Assembly: GCA_051362555.1 (NCBI GenBank)
Contig: CM120640.1
Location: 18,724,001-18,788,000, forward strand
Source: Lingula anatina
Taxonomy: Eukaryota > Animalia > Brachiopoda
DNA: 64,000 nucleotides
Direction: 5' to 3'
A program made the translations under genes and the position numbers. The notes under the pieces were generated by a model, which saw only the letters and a list, made by a program, of their open reading frames with translations, did not search any database and was not told where the DNA came from. Within the stretch, counting starts at the first letter, position 1. The number at the start of each line of letters is the position of its first letter. Shown in pieces: positions 9,934 to 22,263 of this stretch.

Positions 9934-12900
9934 ATGTCTCTGCCTGATGCCCACTTTCCCTGGGCATACAGCCCCCACAGGAAGGAAAGAGACTTGTTTG
10001 CTGAATATGGAAGCCATGGTGCAGTAGATGTCAGGCTCATAGATGGGCAAGTCAAGGTATTAGCCCAGAAGTTGCACCAGGTGAGGTTTTACTACGTGAC
10101 TGTAAGTAATATACAAAATAACGAAGTTGCAAGCTGTGTATGATATACGCAAGCATATAGATACTAGTATAGCCCAAATCCAAAGCTGTATGCATTTTAC
10201 ACGAGTGCAAAGCACAAATGTTGTCGCATCTTACTGATGTTTGGCATTTGTCAGAAATATGTTGGATGTCAAGAACAAAATGCCCATGGCATGGCACATG
10301 GGTATGTGAGATAAGCCAGGAGGATTATTATTATTATTTTTATTGACATCTGATCATGACATTTATATTTTGAAATATTTTTCTTTTCAGGTAGATGTGC
10401 AATTAAAAAGCAGTCAACCATCTGTCCCATTTACCCCACCCAATTTTGTCCCATGCCCTTGGTCAGATAGATGTATGGGAGACCTGCATAATAAAAGGAA
10501 ACAATTAGCAGAATTATATTACAGAATTAAAAGTCATCAAGGCAATGTGAAACATAGCGAAACAAGATGGACTGACTTGAAAAATAGTTTGAAAAGATTG
10601 CAGTGCATTAAAGAGAGCGAAGTAGAATCCAGTTCTGACATAGATTTATTGGAGGCATTCATGCTGGTGCCTAAGTCTCTAAGACAGTTGATTTCTGATG
10701 TAAAACAGTGTAAAGCATACACGCAGTTACCAGTGGTTAATACAGCATACACTGGTGGTTGTCTTGCATTCTGCTCTCAGAGCGAAAGAAATTTGGGGAC
10801 ATTGATATACCTCAGTGGGCAAAGCCTAGAAAACATAGTTTTTGATCAAGTTTCTGTAGAAAACAGTGGGATCAAAAGAACAGGTCAGAGTTCACATGTT
10901 CAAGTGAGTGAAGTTGTCCGTGAAATTGCTTCGTACAATTTTCAGTGTGCTGTGAGGACAGAAAATGAGGTGCAGATATTTTCTGCAGATAACAATTATG
11001 GTGTATGGGAGAGAAAGCATGGACTAAAATTCACAGATGATCCCTCATCAATTGCTCTTAGTCCTTTCATAAAAGGGGATGTTCTGGTCGCCAATAGGCT
11101 TGGCACTGTAAGGTTATGGACGTGTGGACATCAACCTAAGGTTGTCTGTGAGGAAGTTGGTACCAGATTCAGTTGTAATGAATCCTGGAGGCAGTGTAAT
11201 TTTGGTGCTCATCCAAGACTTGGAGTTCTGGCAGATAGGAGTGGTGTGGGGATGTTTGATATGAGGTAAAACCTACAAGACAGCTACATTGCATATTTTA
11301 CATAAAGAATGTTACATGTTATCAGGTTGTCCTGACCACTTTACTCTGGAAGTGGACAACAGGGATGTATGGATTTTGCTCTAGAAGTGAATAATCTACA
11401 TCTAATTGATAACATAAAACAAAGACTTTGATTTCTATAGTTTCTGAATGCATCAAAATTATCTGAAAATCTTCATATTATAGAACCAGTCACCTATTTC
11501 TTAGTATTGATTAAAGATTTTTTTTGAAAATATTACTTGAAAAATTTTAATCAACAATTCCCTACCATATTTCCAAAATTTGAATGATATGGCTGAATTA
11601 AAAATCCAGCAAAGTTAAGAAGCAATCAGTTTTTTAGTCATAGCTTCAATAGCTAAATAATTATAAAAGTATGATAAGATAGAAAATTGTTTTAAAAAGT
11701 GGTGGCTAAACATAATTTTTGAAATTTTTTCTTTGTTTTCAGAGTTCAGAATTGCCAAGATGTAGATGACCTGTTTGTGTTGCCGAGTAAACACCTCAGT
11801 GTAAAAGAGAGGGTAATGGCAACTAAGCAGCACCCAGAGTCTCACTTTTATCATGTTGTTGCCACAGATTACTCACTGATTCTTGTGGATGAAAGATTCC
11901 GTAATGTACCTGTAAGTACGATTTTTATAACCAATGGGGATTTTAGTATACTTCATGTCAATGAGTTGGGTATGAAAATTTCAAAGCTTGTGAAAGATTT
12001 TAAATGTAAAAAACTGTTGTCTGTTATACATTGTAAAACATCGCCATCTATTTTGCAAGTAAAGTTTTAGTTGTGGATAATGGTTTGAAGCACCCTTTAA
12101 GCTTTTGTACTTTTTCTCTTTGTGTGGCTTTCTATCATTAAGACTGAGTTCCCACAGATTTAGATCGATCCATCTGGATCGACCTAACTCCCTGGGGGTT
12201 GACGCTAAATTGCTGTCAGGTTCTGGGAGCCGAGCGCGCACAAAAGTTAATTACCCCCTTACAGCTTTTAGTAGGCGGGACAGACATTTATGCCAATTAA
12301 GCTGACAGGAATCTAGTGAGACTCCCCAGGGGGATAGATTGATCTAAATATCTGTGGGAATGGTCTCTTAGTGTTCTTTGAAGAGTATTACACAAAAATG
12401 GTTCATACTCTATGAAAAAAACTTTGTTTTAGGTTCTCCAGTGGAATCATAGCCTGTTGACACCTCCACAGTACATGGACATAGTGGCATCAGTAGACCT
12501 CCATGGAACAAAGGAGGACATACTCCTTCTCTCCAGTCAAGAAAGTTGTGAGACCAACTGTTTCCAGTTCTCTGTATGTCATGATACACATGCCCAGGAC
12601 TCTCACACACCTCAGGCCACCTGCCCAATGTGGAGAAGCTCTAAAATCAGTGATTTTACTTGTTTTCCTAATGTCGCTGGTGCCGACAAAGCTGTTATTG
12701 AACAGAGGTTGGAAGCCATGTCTCTGATGGGTGTTTGTGGTGTCAGGCACTTGGACGGGAAAGGTCTCTCCATATTTCAGATGAATTCTTTAGGGGATGT
12801 TATGCACCAGCCATACACCCCATCCAGTGATGATAAACTTGATAAGACATTCAGTGCTGGGCCAGGAAGCAGCAGTCTCAGATTAAGCAAAGAAGTAGAA

Positions 12901-13950
12901 TCAGAATGTGTTAAGTGGTTGAAAGAGTTGCAGAGACAAGTAGACCTGACACCAGTCACAACTGAAGGATCTGAGACATACGATGCTTTTTCCTCATTGG
13001 ATGCAGTAACAGTTCAGTGCTACCCCCACATTGGGTGCAGCCTGTGTATGCCCCAGACCAGTACACATGTTGAGTTAACCCAACAGACTGAGGAGGAAAC
13101 ATGCATGGCCTGTGAATTAAAGTTAAAAATTGGACAGGATATGCAGAAAGCATGTCAGTCTGGTGAACTGCTAAATTTAGTGGAAACCCTGAACTCCTCA
13201 GTGAACATTGACCATATTCTTCCCTCCATTAATGTGAGTAATTTTAAAGATCCCACCAGTCAACTGTTGGTGAAAGAGTGGGAAGGAGATGGAGAAATCC
13301 AGGACCTTCTCAAAGAAAGAGATGAATTATTCATAAAAAATAAGGAAGCAAAGCTGAAAAAGAAAAGAGAGAGATCAGAGCAAAACATTTCAGATGAATT
13401 TGGAGCCCCTGATGTACCTCTGCCAATGAAAAGCAGAGAACGTCTCTCCTCCAGCTCCAGTAGAGCCAGTAGTTCCGCCTCCCCATTAAGAACTCCTGGG
13501 TTTTTATCAACACCATCAAAAGTTGTTCAACAGTCTATGTCTCCTAAGAAACCTAACATTTCCTCCATCTCCCCTCTAAAGTTCAGTGCCCCAATTGGTT
13601 TACTTATGCATACAATTGATACAGATACACCAAGTGTGTCCACTTTTATCCCAAACCAGCAAAAGAGGGAAATGTTCAAGTTCAATACACCGGCTCCATC
13701 CTCACAGCTCTTTAGCACACCCTCACAAACAGCTGTCAGAACAAAGCTTGAATCATCTGCAAGTATTTCTAACCCCGATATAGAGGAAGAAACCATGGTT
13801 ACTGAAGGTGATATGTTTAGGTCACAATCTCAAAATTCACAGACACATTCAAGTCTCAGAAAGAAGGATTTGGACAGTTCCCAACAGTCTCCAGGAAAAA
13901 GAAATACTTCACCAAAGAAAGCAAAGAAAAAGTTTGTTATGGGCTTCTGA
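9934..13950 (+). CDS. TAF1C: TATA-box binding protein-associated factor RNA polymerase I subunit C (SL1/TIF-IB), ~902 aa
   Basis: Exons 9934-10080, 10391-11265, 11743-11911 and 12433-13950, all GT-AG and phase-consistent. Motifs ALSPFIKGDVLVA, WRQCNFGAHPRLGVLADRSGVGMFDMR, TDYSLILVDERFRNVPVLQWNHSL and the C-terminal KKKFVMGF resemble TAF1C. An acceptor TTTCCTTTCAG at 9914 precedes the ATG. Confidence 0.88.
12139..12370. mobile_element. MITE in the last TAF1C intron
   Basis: Imperfect TIRs: TAAGACTGAGTTCCCACAGATTTAGATCGATC versus reverse-complemented TAAGAGACCATTCCCACAGATATTTAGATCAATC. An inner inverted pair CCCTGGGG/CCCCAGGG is present. Ends are TA. Confidence 0.7.
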
Positions 13951-14027
13951 AGAAATTATTTGAGGGAAATTGTGCAGAGGTTTTATCATTTTTATCTCAA
14001 GATGCTTGGCAGTATTTATCAACTATT

Positions 14028-14033
14028 AATAAA
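14028..14033 (+). terminator. Candidate TAF1C polyA signal
   Basis: AATAAA about 80 nt after the stop codon. Confidence 0.4.
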
Positions 14034-15419
14034 TCGAGTTCCAAATGCAGCAATGCTCTTTGATACAATTTTTAAATTCCTATCTGGGCTTTAGCCCAGT
14101 AAATGATCAACTTTGTTCGTTGTGTTTTGATTGAGGGGTGTAAATTACAATTTAAAAGGATGTAACATACATAGAGAATACAATTTCGAGGCGATTTCCA
14201 AATTAAAGATGACAGGAATACTAAGTAGCGTCCCATTTACTGGATTTTTTTTTCATAAAACAAGACCAAATTTTAATGTAAATATTATAGAAGACTGTAT
14301 TTAATGCATGTTTGTCATTTTTATTACTTACAATTTTATAGCACTGGATTTGTACATCATTATTATTGGAAAAAATTTATATTGCTCTTTTTTGCCGCCA
14401 ATGGCAGATAGTTTTTAAAGTATCAGAAATATAAATTGTGATGAAAGGTATAACAAGAAATGTTTCTGTTAACAAACAGCTGTGACTAGATGTCAAAAAG
14501 CATATCAAACGAAAATCTGTTCAGTGTGCCAGGTGAATTATTATGACAACAATTTAGTAGCAGACTGGTTTTAGCAGTTTACTTGAGATGAGTGTGCCCA
14601 TATTTACATCTCATACCTATTTTTGCAGTGTTTAATTAAGTGACACCAGACTTGTTAAAATTATAAGTTTTAAACTGATGAGATGACCAAATGGTAATCT
14701 TCATGTGTAATTTCATCATTCCATGAGACAAATGTGTATATTTATTTTACATATAAAAATAGAAATGCTAAAGAAGTGATTTTGTAAATATTACTTTACA
14801 TATCATTAACACATTGAACTCTCTTAAATAAAAATATGCAATAAATTTATTATAGCATTGTTAGAAATGGGTCCATTGAATTGAGTAAAATGAAAGATGG
14901 TAAGTATTACAATGGTTCAAATGGCATAGTCACACAAGTAAATTTTGGCCTTAGAATTCATGTTCCATAACAAACCTTGATAACAATGATATGAACAAGG
15001 CAGCAAAGCTGTCAAATGTACAGACAAAAAACAGAAAATAAAGATGCAAAATAGGTCATTTTGTCAATTTTGATGCAATAATAAATAATGCTTATAATAG
15101 CACTGTCAGTCAACACTGAATTCTAATCATGCACAACAGGTACCATGGTCAATAACAGGAGCGAACCCAGAGATATTTTCTGATAGTATTCCAAAGTATC
15201 TATGTTGATCCATCCCCATTTTTATGGTCTTCCAACAGAAAAAAAAATAGATACCAGTCAATATAAACTTATAACCTGACCGTCTTCCGGAAGACCCAGA
15301 AGATGGGTCTCAATCCACCCCTTCAATAAGATTACAGTTTCAGGATCATGAGAGTTCAAATTCACATGATGAAAGTCTCAATTTTTGAAAAATGATGACA
15401 GTGCATAAAATAATATTAC

Positions 15420-18199
15420 ATAATGTTTAAAGACATAAAAAACAATGCAACTGCTTACGTGGAAATAAAGACAAGACAGCACGGTTCTGAAATGTTTTTT
15501 TCCCCATTTTTAACAATTTTTTAACATAAAACAAAATTAACAGTTTACTGCCATTTTTATATGATCAACTAAGAAAATTGATGAGATGGGAAAAATATCA
15601 ATAGAACAGTGTTAAATGTCCAATTTCCTCCATTCTGAGATTCTGAACATAGTGAATGATTAAATCTGACAAACTGCAATGATATGAGTTTATTTCCATT
15701 TTTGACACTTTTTTACACAATACATGATAACAAGTTTACCATCATTTTTACTAAATCAACTAACAATGTTGTAAAGATGCAGGAAATGTCAAACAAACGC
15801 TTTTACGTATCTTATTAGTTTAATAATGAGACTGTTAACATGCCTAAGAAATGAGTCTGAGGAAATGTGAAAAAACAGAATACCTTCAAAAATATTGGCA
15901 CGATTATGCTGGTTTACGAACTCAACATGCATTTTAGCAAAACTGACCACTCCTATGACTTTCATGACAATTGGCCCATCTGTTTTTCTTATATTGTGTT
16001 TACAGTGTTGCATATATGCTGAAAAGTGTAAAAAACAGCATAACTACTAAAATAAGAAGTTTACCATCATTTTTACATAATCAACTAACAATGTTGTAAA
16101 GATGCAGGAAATGTCAAACAAACACTTTTACGAATCTTATTAGTTAAATAATGAGACTGTTAACATGCCTAAGAATTGAATCTGAGGAAACGTGAAAAAA
16201 CAGCACAACTTATAAAATAATGGCCCGATTATGCTGATTTTCAAACTTGACCTGAGTTTTAGTAAGATTAATTACTCCTGTGAGTTTCATGACAACAGGT
16301 CTATTGGTCTGATTTTCAAACTTGACCTGTGTTTTAGTAAGATTAATTACTCCTGTGAGTTTCATGACAACAGGTCTATTGGTTTTCCTTGAAATGTGTT
16401 AACAGTGTTGCACATATGCTGAAAAGTGAAAAAAACAGCATAACTACTAAAATAGTGGCCTGATCATGCCGATTTTCGAACTTGACCTGCGTTTTAGTAA
16501 GATTGATTACCCCTATGAGTTTCATGACAACAGGCCTACCGGTTTTTATTGAAATGTGTTAACGATGTTGCATATATGCTGAAAAGTGAAAAAATAGCAT
16601 AACTTCTACAATAATGGCCCAATCATGCTTATTTTCGAACTTAACCTGCATTTTATGAATGCTCATCAGCTCTGTAAATATAAAGCCAAAAAGTAAAACT
16701 GTCTTCCACTTACGGTGTTAACGCTGAAAGTGCACAGCGACGGTGACGGCAACATGATTGGCGACGGCGACGACAGACGCAGGTGGCCTCATAATAAAAT
16801 ATACGTATCGTGGATTTTCAGAAAATGTGACTAGCATGGGTCTTCAAGCCCGTGGAGGTTCTAAGTCACACCTTGAAAATGCCAATATGTGAAAAATTAA
16901 ACTTTCACAAAAAACTGATTAACTGCCAAAAAAATTTACCAAATAGACTGCATTGCCCACTGAAGCTTTATTTAAGTCCCATGTTTCTTCCTGTAAGTTT
17001 GAGAACAGTAAGTGACATGGTTTTCCTTAAATGGTCATCATGGGAGCAGTGTCCAAAATAGGGGTGTCTTCAAATTTTGATGCAATATTACATAATGTTT
17101 AACAGGATAATTACCATCAATTTTTAATAATAAAATATTAGTATCATGGATATTCAGAAAATGTTCCTAGCAAAGGTCTTCAGGCCCAAGGAACTTCAAA
17201 GTCACACCTTGAATATGCCAAAATGTAGACAAGACAGCACTGTCCTGAAATGTGTTTTTTTCCATTTTTAACAATTTTTTAACATATAACAAAATTAACA
17301 ATTTACTGCCATTTATATATGATCAACTAAGAAAATTGATGAGATGGGAAAAATATTAATAGAATAGTGTTAAATGTCCAATTTCTTCCATTCTGAGTTT
17401 CTAAACATACTGAATAATTGAATCTGACAAACTGCAATGATATGAGTTTAATTCCATTTTTGACACTTTATTACACAATACACCATAACAAGTTTACCAT
17501 CATTTTTACGAAATCAACTAACAATGTTGTAAAGATGCAGAAAATGTCAAACAAACACTTTTACATTTCTTATTAATTAAATAATGAAACTGTTAACATG
17601 CCTAAGAACTGAATCTAGGGAAATGTGAAAAAACAGCATAACTTCTAAAATAATGGCCCAATTATGCTAATTTTCAAACTCAACCTGCATTTTAGTAAGA
17701 TTGACCACTCCTGTGAGTTTAAATGACAATTGGCCTATCTGTTTTTCTTATATTGTGTTTACAGTGTTGCATATGTGCTAAAAAGTGAAAAAACAGCATA
17801 ACTACTAAAATAGTGGCCCGATCGTGCCGATTTTCGAACTTGACCTGCGTTTTAGTAAGATTGATTGCTCCTGTGAGTTTCATGACAACAGGCCTATCGG
17901 TTTTCCTTGAAATGTGTTAACAGTGTTGTATATATGCTGAAAAGTGAAAAAACAGCATAACTTCTACAATAATGGCTCGATCATGCTGATTTTCGAACTT
18001 GAACTGGGTTTTATGAATATTCATCAGCTCTGTAAATATAAAGCCAAAAAGTAAAACTTTCTTCCACTTATCGTGTTAACGCTGAAAGTGCACGGCGCCG
18101 GCATCGGCGCCGGCATCGGCATTGGCGACGGCGACGACGGCGACGACAGACGCAGGTGATGGCAATATGTACAGACACATCTGTGTCTGTACATAAAAA
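15420..18199 (+). mobile_element. Duplicated non-autonomous Helentron/HINE-like repeat with internal tandem units, a GGCGAC microsatellite and a terminal hairpin
   Basis: Block ~15470-16790 is repeated at ~17230-18160. Internal units AAAAACAGCATAACT...GAACTTGACCTG...TTTAGTAAGATT recur. The right end is (GGCGAC)n-GACAGACGCAGG, then a perfect 14-bp hairpin (18166-18195), then AAAA. The family assignment is inferred from this layout, and the left boundary is approximate. Confidence 0.7.
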
Positions 18200-18236
18200 T
18201 TAAAATTGATAAAGTGGGTATTGCAGCCTCTTGTAA

Positions 18237-20922
18237 TCAGAATTGCCCTTGTTGTATGTTGTGATAAGCTATCAAGTCTTCTATGTTATCACCATCATCA
18301 GAGTGCCCCAGACTTTGTCCTAAGGAGAGTTCAGAGATTCCTGTGATGATGTCAACTGACTGTTTTTTATCATGACTGGATGCACTGTCAGACCTACTTG
18401 TAGATCGACCTTTTATATCAGTGCCTGTTGAATCGGTCCATTCTGTATCTAACTCTGTAGCCAAGTCCTGCTCTGCTTCTGATTTACTCACTGATACAAC
18501 ATTTTTATCATCTCCTGAGACATGCTGTGCCTTTTTGGCAAACAATCTTTCATTAATTCGCAACTCGCAGCCATCTTTTAGCATGCAGAGTAAAATGCGA
18601 GCTATATTTTTTGCATCGTCTATGCCTCGATGTTGTTCCCCTTCAAACTCCATCCCCAAGTATTCTAGCATTGTGGTCAGTTTCACTTGGCGGACACTAT
18701 AACAGTTACCAAAGGCTTTTCTTACATTTATCCATTTCCGACCCCACTTAGGGAAAGGTACATTGGACAGGTGACACTGTTGGTAAAGGAACCGACTCAT
18801 ATCCCAAGGTCTGCAAGATAAAAAGAGTATAAGATGTGTTGCCAATTTGTGAACAATGCACAGAAAAAAGCTGGAAACGTGAATCAAAATATATCTATGT
18901 AAAATTTACAATAAATAAATAAAAATAGACCATTTTAATAACAACATTATTTGAACAAAACTAATTATTAGTAACTGTCAACTTAGCCCTATGAAACCTT
19001 GCATATCACACTAACCCGTCTGTTGCTACAGCAAACTTGACTCCTTTATCCTTCAATCCTACAGTCTGCATCCAGTCTTCCAGCTGACACATCACTTCTG
19101 TGAACAATGGAGCATTATTCACCACACTCTAGAAAAAAGACAACAATTTATACATTCTTTTCTATCTCTTCTTCACATGCATCCAAAATTGGTGAGGAAT
19201 ATATGTCATTAATAAATCCTGATCATTTGTCAGGAATACACTTGAGAAAAAATATACATCAGTCTTCCAAAGAAGTTATTTCTCAGTATGTTTTCTTTTA
19301 GTAATATATTTCAGTGATAACTACACCTCAAATTTTAAGAAAAAAAAGAGAGGGGGGAATCTACAACTTAACTCTCTACAGCTTTATTACCCTCTTGTTG
19401 GTCAAATAAAAATCACTGTACAAAATTCTTCTCAAAACTTATATGGGTTCAAATTAAGTCAGAGGAAGGCAAAGTAAGTGCAGATATAATAGTACCTGTG
19501 TAATTCCTGTTAAATGAATACAGAATGAACTGAGTTTGGGATTTAGTGTTGGTCTACAATAACTGTGGAATGTATGTACCTAAAATAAAATAATATTGTC
19601 TTGCTTTTAATTGCAGAAAAATATGAAAAAGAGACACTTATTGGAAAATGGCATATAACAGGCTTATCTACAAATACCAGTAATTATAAAAAGAAAAATA
19701 CTGAAGGTGAGAATATGAGATTTAATACCACTGTTAAGCATAGTAAAAATGATAAGGTTTTTAAAATGTAATACAAAAAACAAATTAAAATTTTGTAAAC
19801 TTACCACTCTCATTTCTGTCATGCATATCATAACAACAGGAAACTCAATGATCTCAAAGTTAAAACCAGGGATGTTGACCTCATTACATGTTGCTTCAAA
19901 ATCAATAACAAGGATGTAATCATAGAACATATCTGCTTCACTATGATATTTGAAATTAGCTTTGAGAAGCTTTTGGCGCTTGTAGTAGTTTTTCAGTCTC
20001 TTCTTAAGAACCTCCTTTACACCTCTGTAATAAACATGTATAAAATATTTCAGATTAAAATGTCACAGAAAAGCTGACTATGTACAATACCAACATACAC
20101 ACTGATATTATGCAATTATATATCAAAAGTCGAAATTTATTCAGATCTTTTACAAATTCTAAAATAATAGCAATAATATTCACTAACAATTTGAAGCTAC
20201 ATGACTGATATAGCATAAGAAACACAAAGAACATATACTTAAAATGCTGAGTGACCACAAAGTATTGTACTGGTACACGAAAACCTCTCATATTAATCAT
20301 ATATACTTCTCAGCTATATAAACTTAGTACAAACCTTGTTCCTAAACGAAGCTCTGCAAGTTTTTCTTGAATCTTCTCCTTTGTCATTTTATTTATTTCC
20401 CCATTTCTCAATGAAATTTGCTTGTAAATGGGATTACTAAATGGAGTATCACGGCGTACTTTTGACTTGGGCCTGCATCCCTAGAAGATAAAATTTAAAA
20501 AGTAAACATGCCACATAAACTGTCATAGTAAGTTTTTGACTATACATTGTAGTTCTCCATTTCACATCTGAATGTACATTTAGTGGGCATACTACAGTCA
20601 GAAAGTTGAAACTATAAAATCAACATGACAGTATGCATATTTGTTACTGTAAATTAGAAGACAAAAACACGGAAAACTGATCAGTGCTTGATAGATCACT
20701 AGATTGAATACTGTTACATGTACTAGACCAGCACAATATTGCAAGATTTACAAGGCTGTATCGACAGTTAAGAAGGTCGAGTTGAAGGAGAGATGGCCTC
20801 AGAGAGGTCTGTAAATGGCTTTAAAATTAAACTACTGTACTTACTGCGCTGCCATTCTGATTGAGATTTTGATCTGGAATAATGCTCGATTCGTTTTCCG
20901 TCAACTTTCCATCAGAGGCCAT
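18237..20922 (-). CDS. ERI1: 3'-5' exoribonuclease 1 (SAP + DEDDh domains)
   Basis: Exons 20922-20845, 20480-20335, 20024-19805, 19579-19496, 19128-19016 and 18810-18237, phase-consistent. SAP motif RGVKEVLKKRLKNYYK; catalytic motifs VIDFEATC, EIIEFP, TDGPWDM and HRGIDDAKNIARI. Confidence 0.95.
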
Positions 20923-21275
20923 TTTCAATAAAAACTACTACCAGCAAGCAAGCCTCTAAATCCAACATTTCATGCTACAAGTAAAACACGTGAAATATGC
21001 AATTCACATTTAACTCAGTATGACTAGGATATTCCAGTTTTGTGTAGACTTCATACCGTCAGCACTTCACAATCGTTGGATTACTTGAGTCGCTTAGGAT
21101 AATAAAAACCTGCTTCCTCCCGGAAGTACAAAAACAGAGCACTCTTGAAATCACATGACTTCAAAAGTCACCTGCCAATCGACCTAGTTTCATTTGACAC
21201 TCGTGTACACTGGACGCAGGGTTACTAATGGTATACATAAACCAGTTGACAGGGTTAATGTGAAGAAGTAACTAC
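20923..21275. promoter_or_regulatory. Bidirectional promoter between ERI1 and the downstream uncharacterised gene
   Basis: Divergent ATGs are 353 bp apart. Contains ETS CCGGAAGT (21120-21127), E-box CACGTG (20987-20992) and M-box-like TCACATGACT (21151-21160). Confidence 0.6.
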
Positions 21276-21645
21276 ATGGGAGGACTTTGCTGTTGTCTTG
21301 AATCTGCTAAAGTAAGTAATTCTGACCGATTGAACCGATCTTGCACAAGATGTCATGAACTGTGAGAAAATTTATCACTGTGATTATAGTTCACCGATAC
21401 TAGTTCGATTGTGCGACCATGTAATGCGCTGTATTACTATAATCAGTATGCTATCTAAGGATAGGTTTTACAATACAAGAGGGATCTTGACATTTTTTCA
21501 ACATTGCTGCCTTTCTAAACACCGGCAAAGCATAAGGGATTGGTTTCGTTTTATTATATATTATGTATTTTTGTTTTTATGTTTTGATCACTTCCATTAT
21601 ACTTATCTTATCATTTAGTGTGCTGTGCCCCCCCCTCTCTCTCCC

Positions 21646-21676
<31 letters not shown>

Positions 21677-22210
21677 AACCGCCACCGCACGAAACCGCAC
21701 CTCTTTTATCACATTTTTATTGTAACGAAGATCGGGCGCTACGTGCTTTGCACCATCCTGATCATCAATAGCAATAGAATTCGAAAATGAGAAAACATCT
21801 AGCCCGCTCTGCCTGGCTTTGCACATGCCATGGTAACAATACCGCCGAGCGTCATTAAATAGGCCCTATTAATTATTGTTTATCAGCTAGTAGTGTCACC
21901 ATTTTGAGTGAGGTCTCGTTAGATCTAACGTATATAGTACAAGTAGACCTGCAATAAACGCACATTAAATGTCATCTAACGATAGGGCCTAAGTTTCAGG
22001 AAGAAGTGTGTCAGTTTAAAATTCCGTACAAAAAATTCTACTTTAGCCAATATACAGAGGACCCCCACTTACGATGGAGTTCCATTCAAAGCGACGCGCT
22101 GTAAAACGAAATTCCGTGTTTACAAGTCAAAACAGATCTATAAAGCAGTTGCAGAAAAAGCTTCATAGACAATATGATAACATAAGTGCACACACACCGA
22201 GGACATGGAT

Positions 22211-22263
<53 letters not shown>

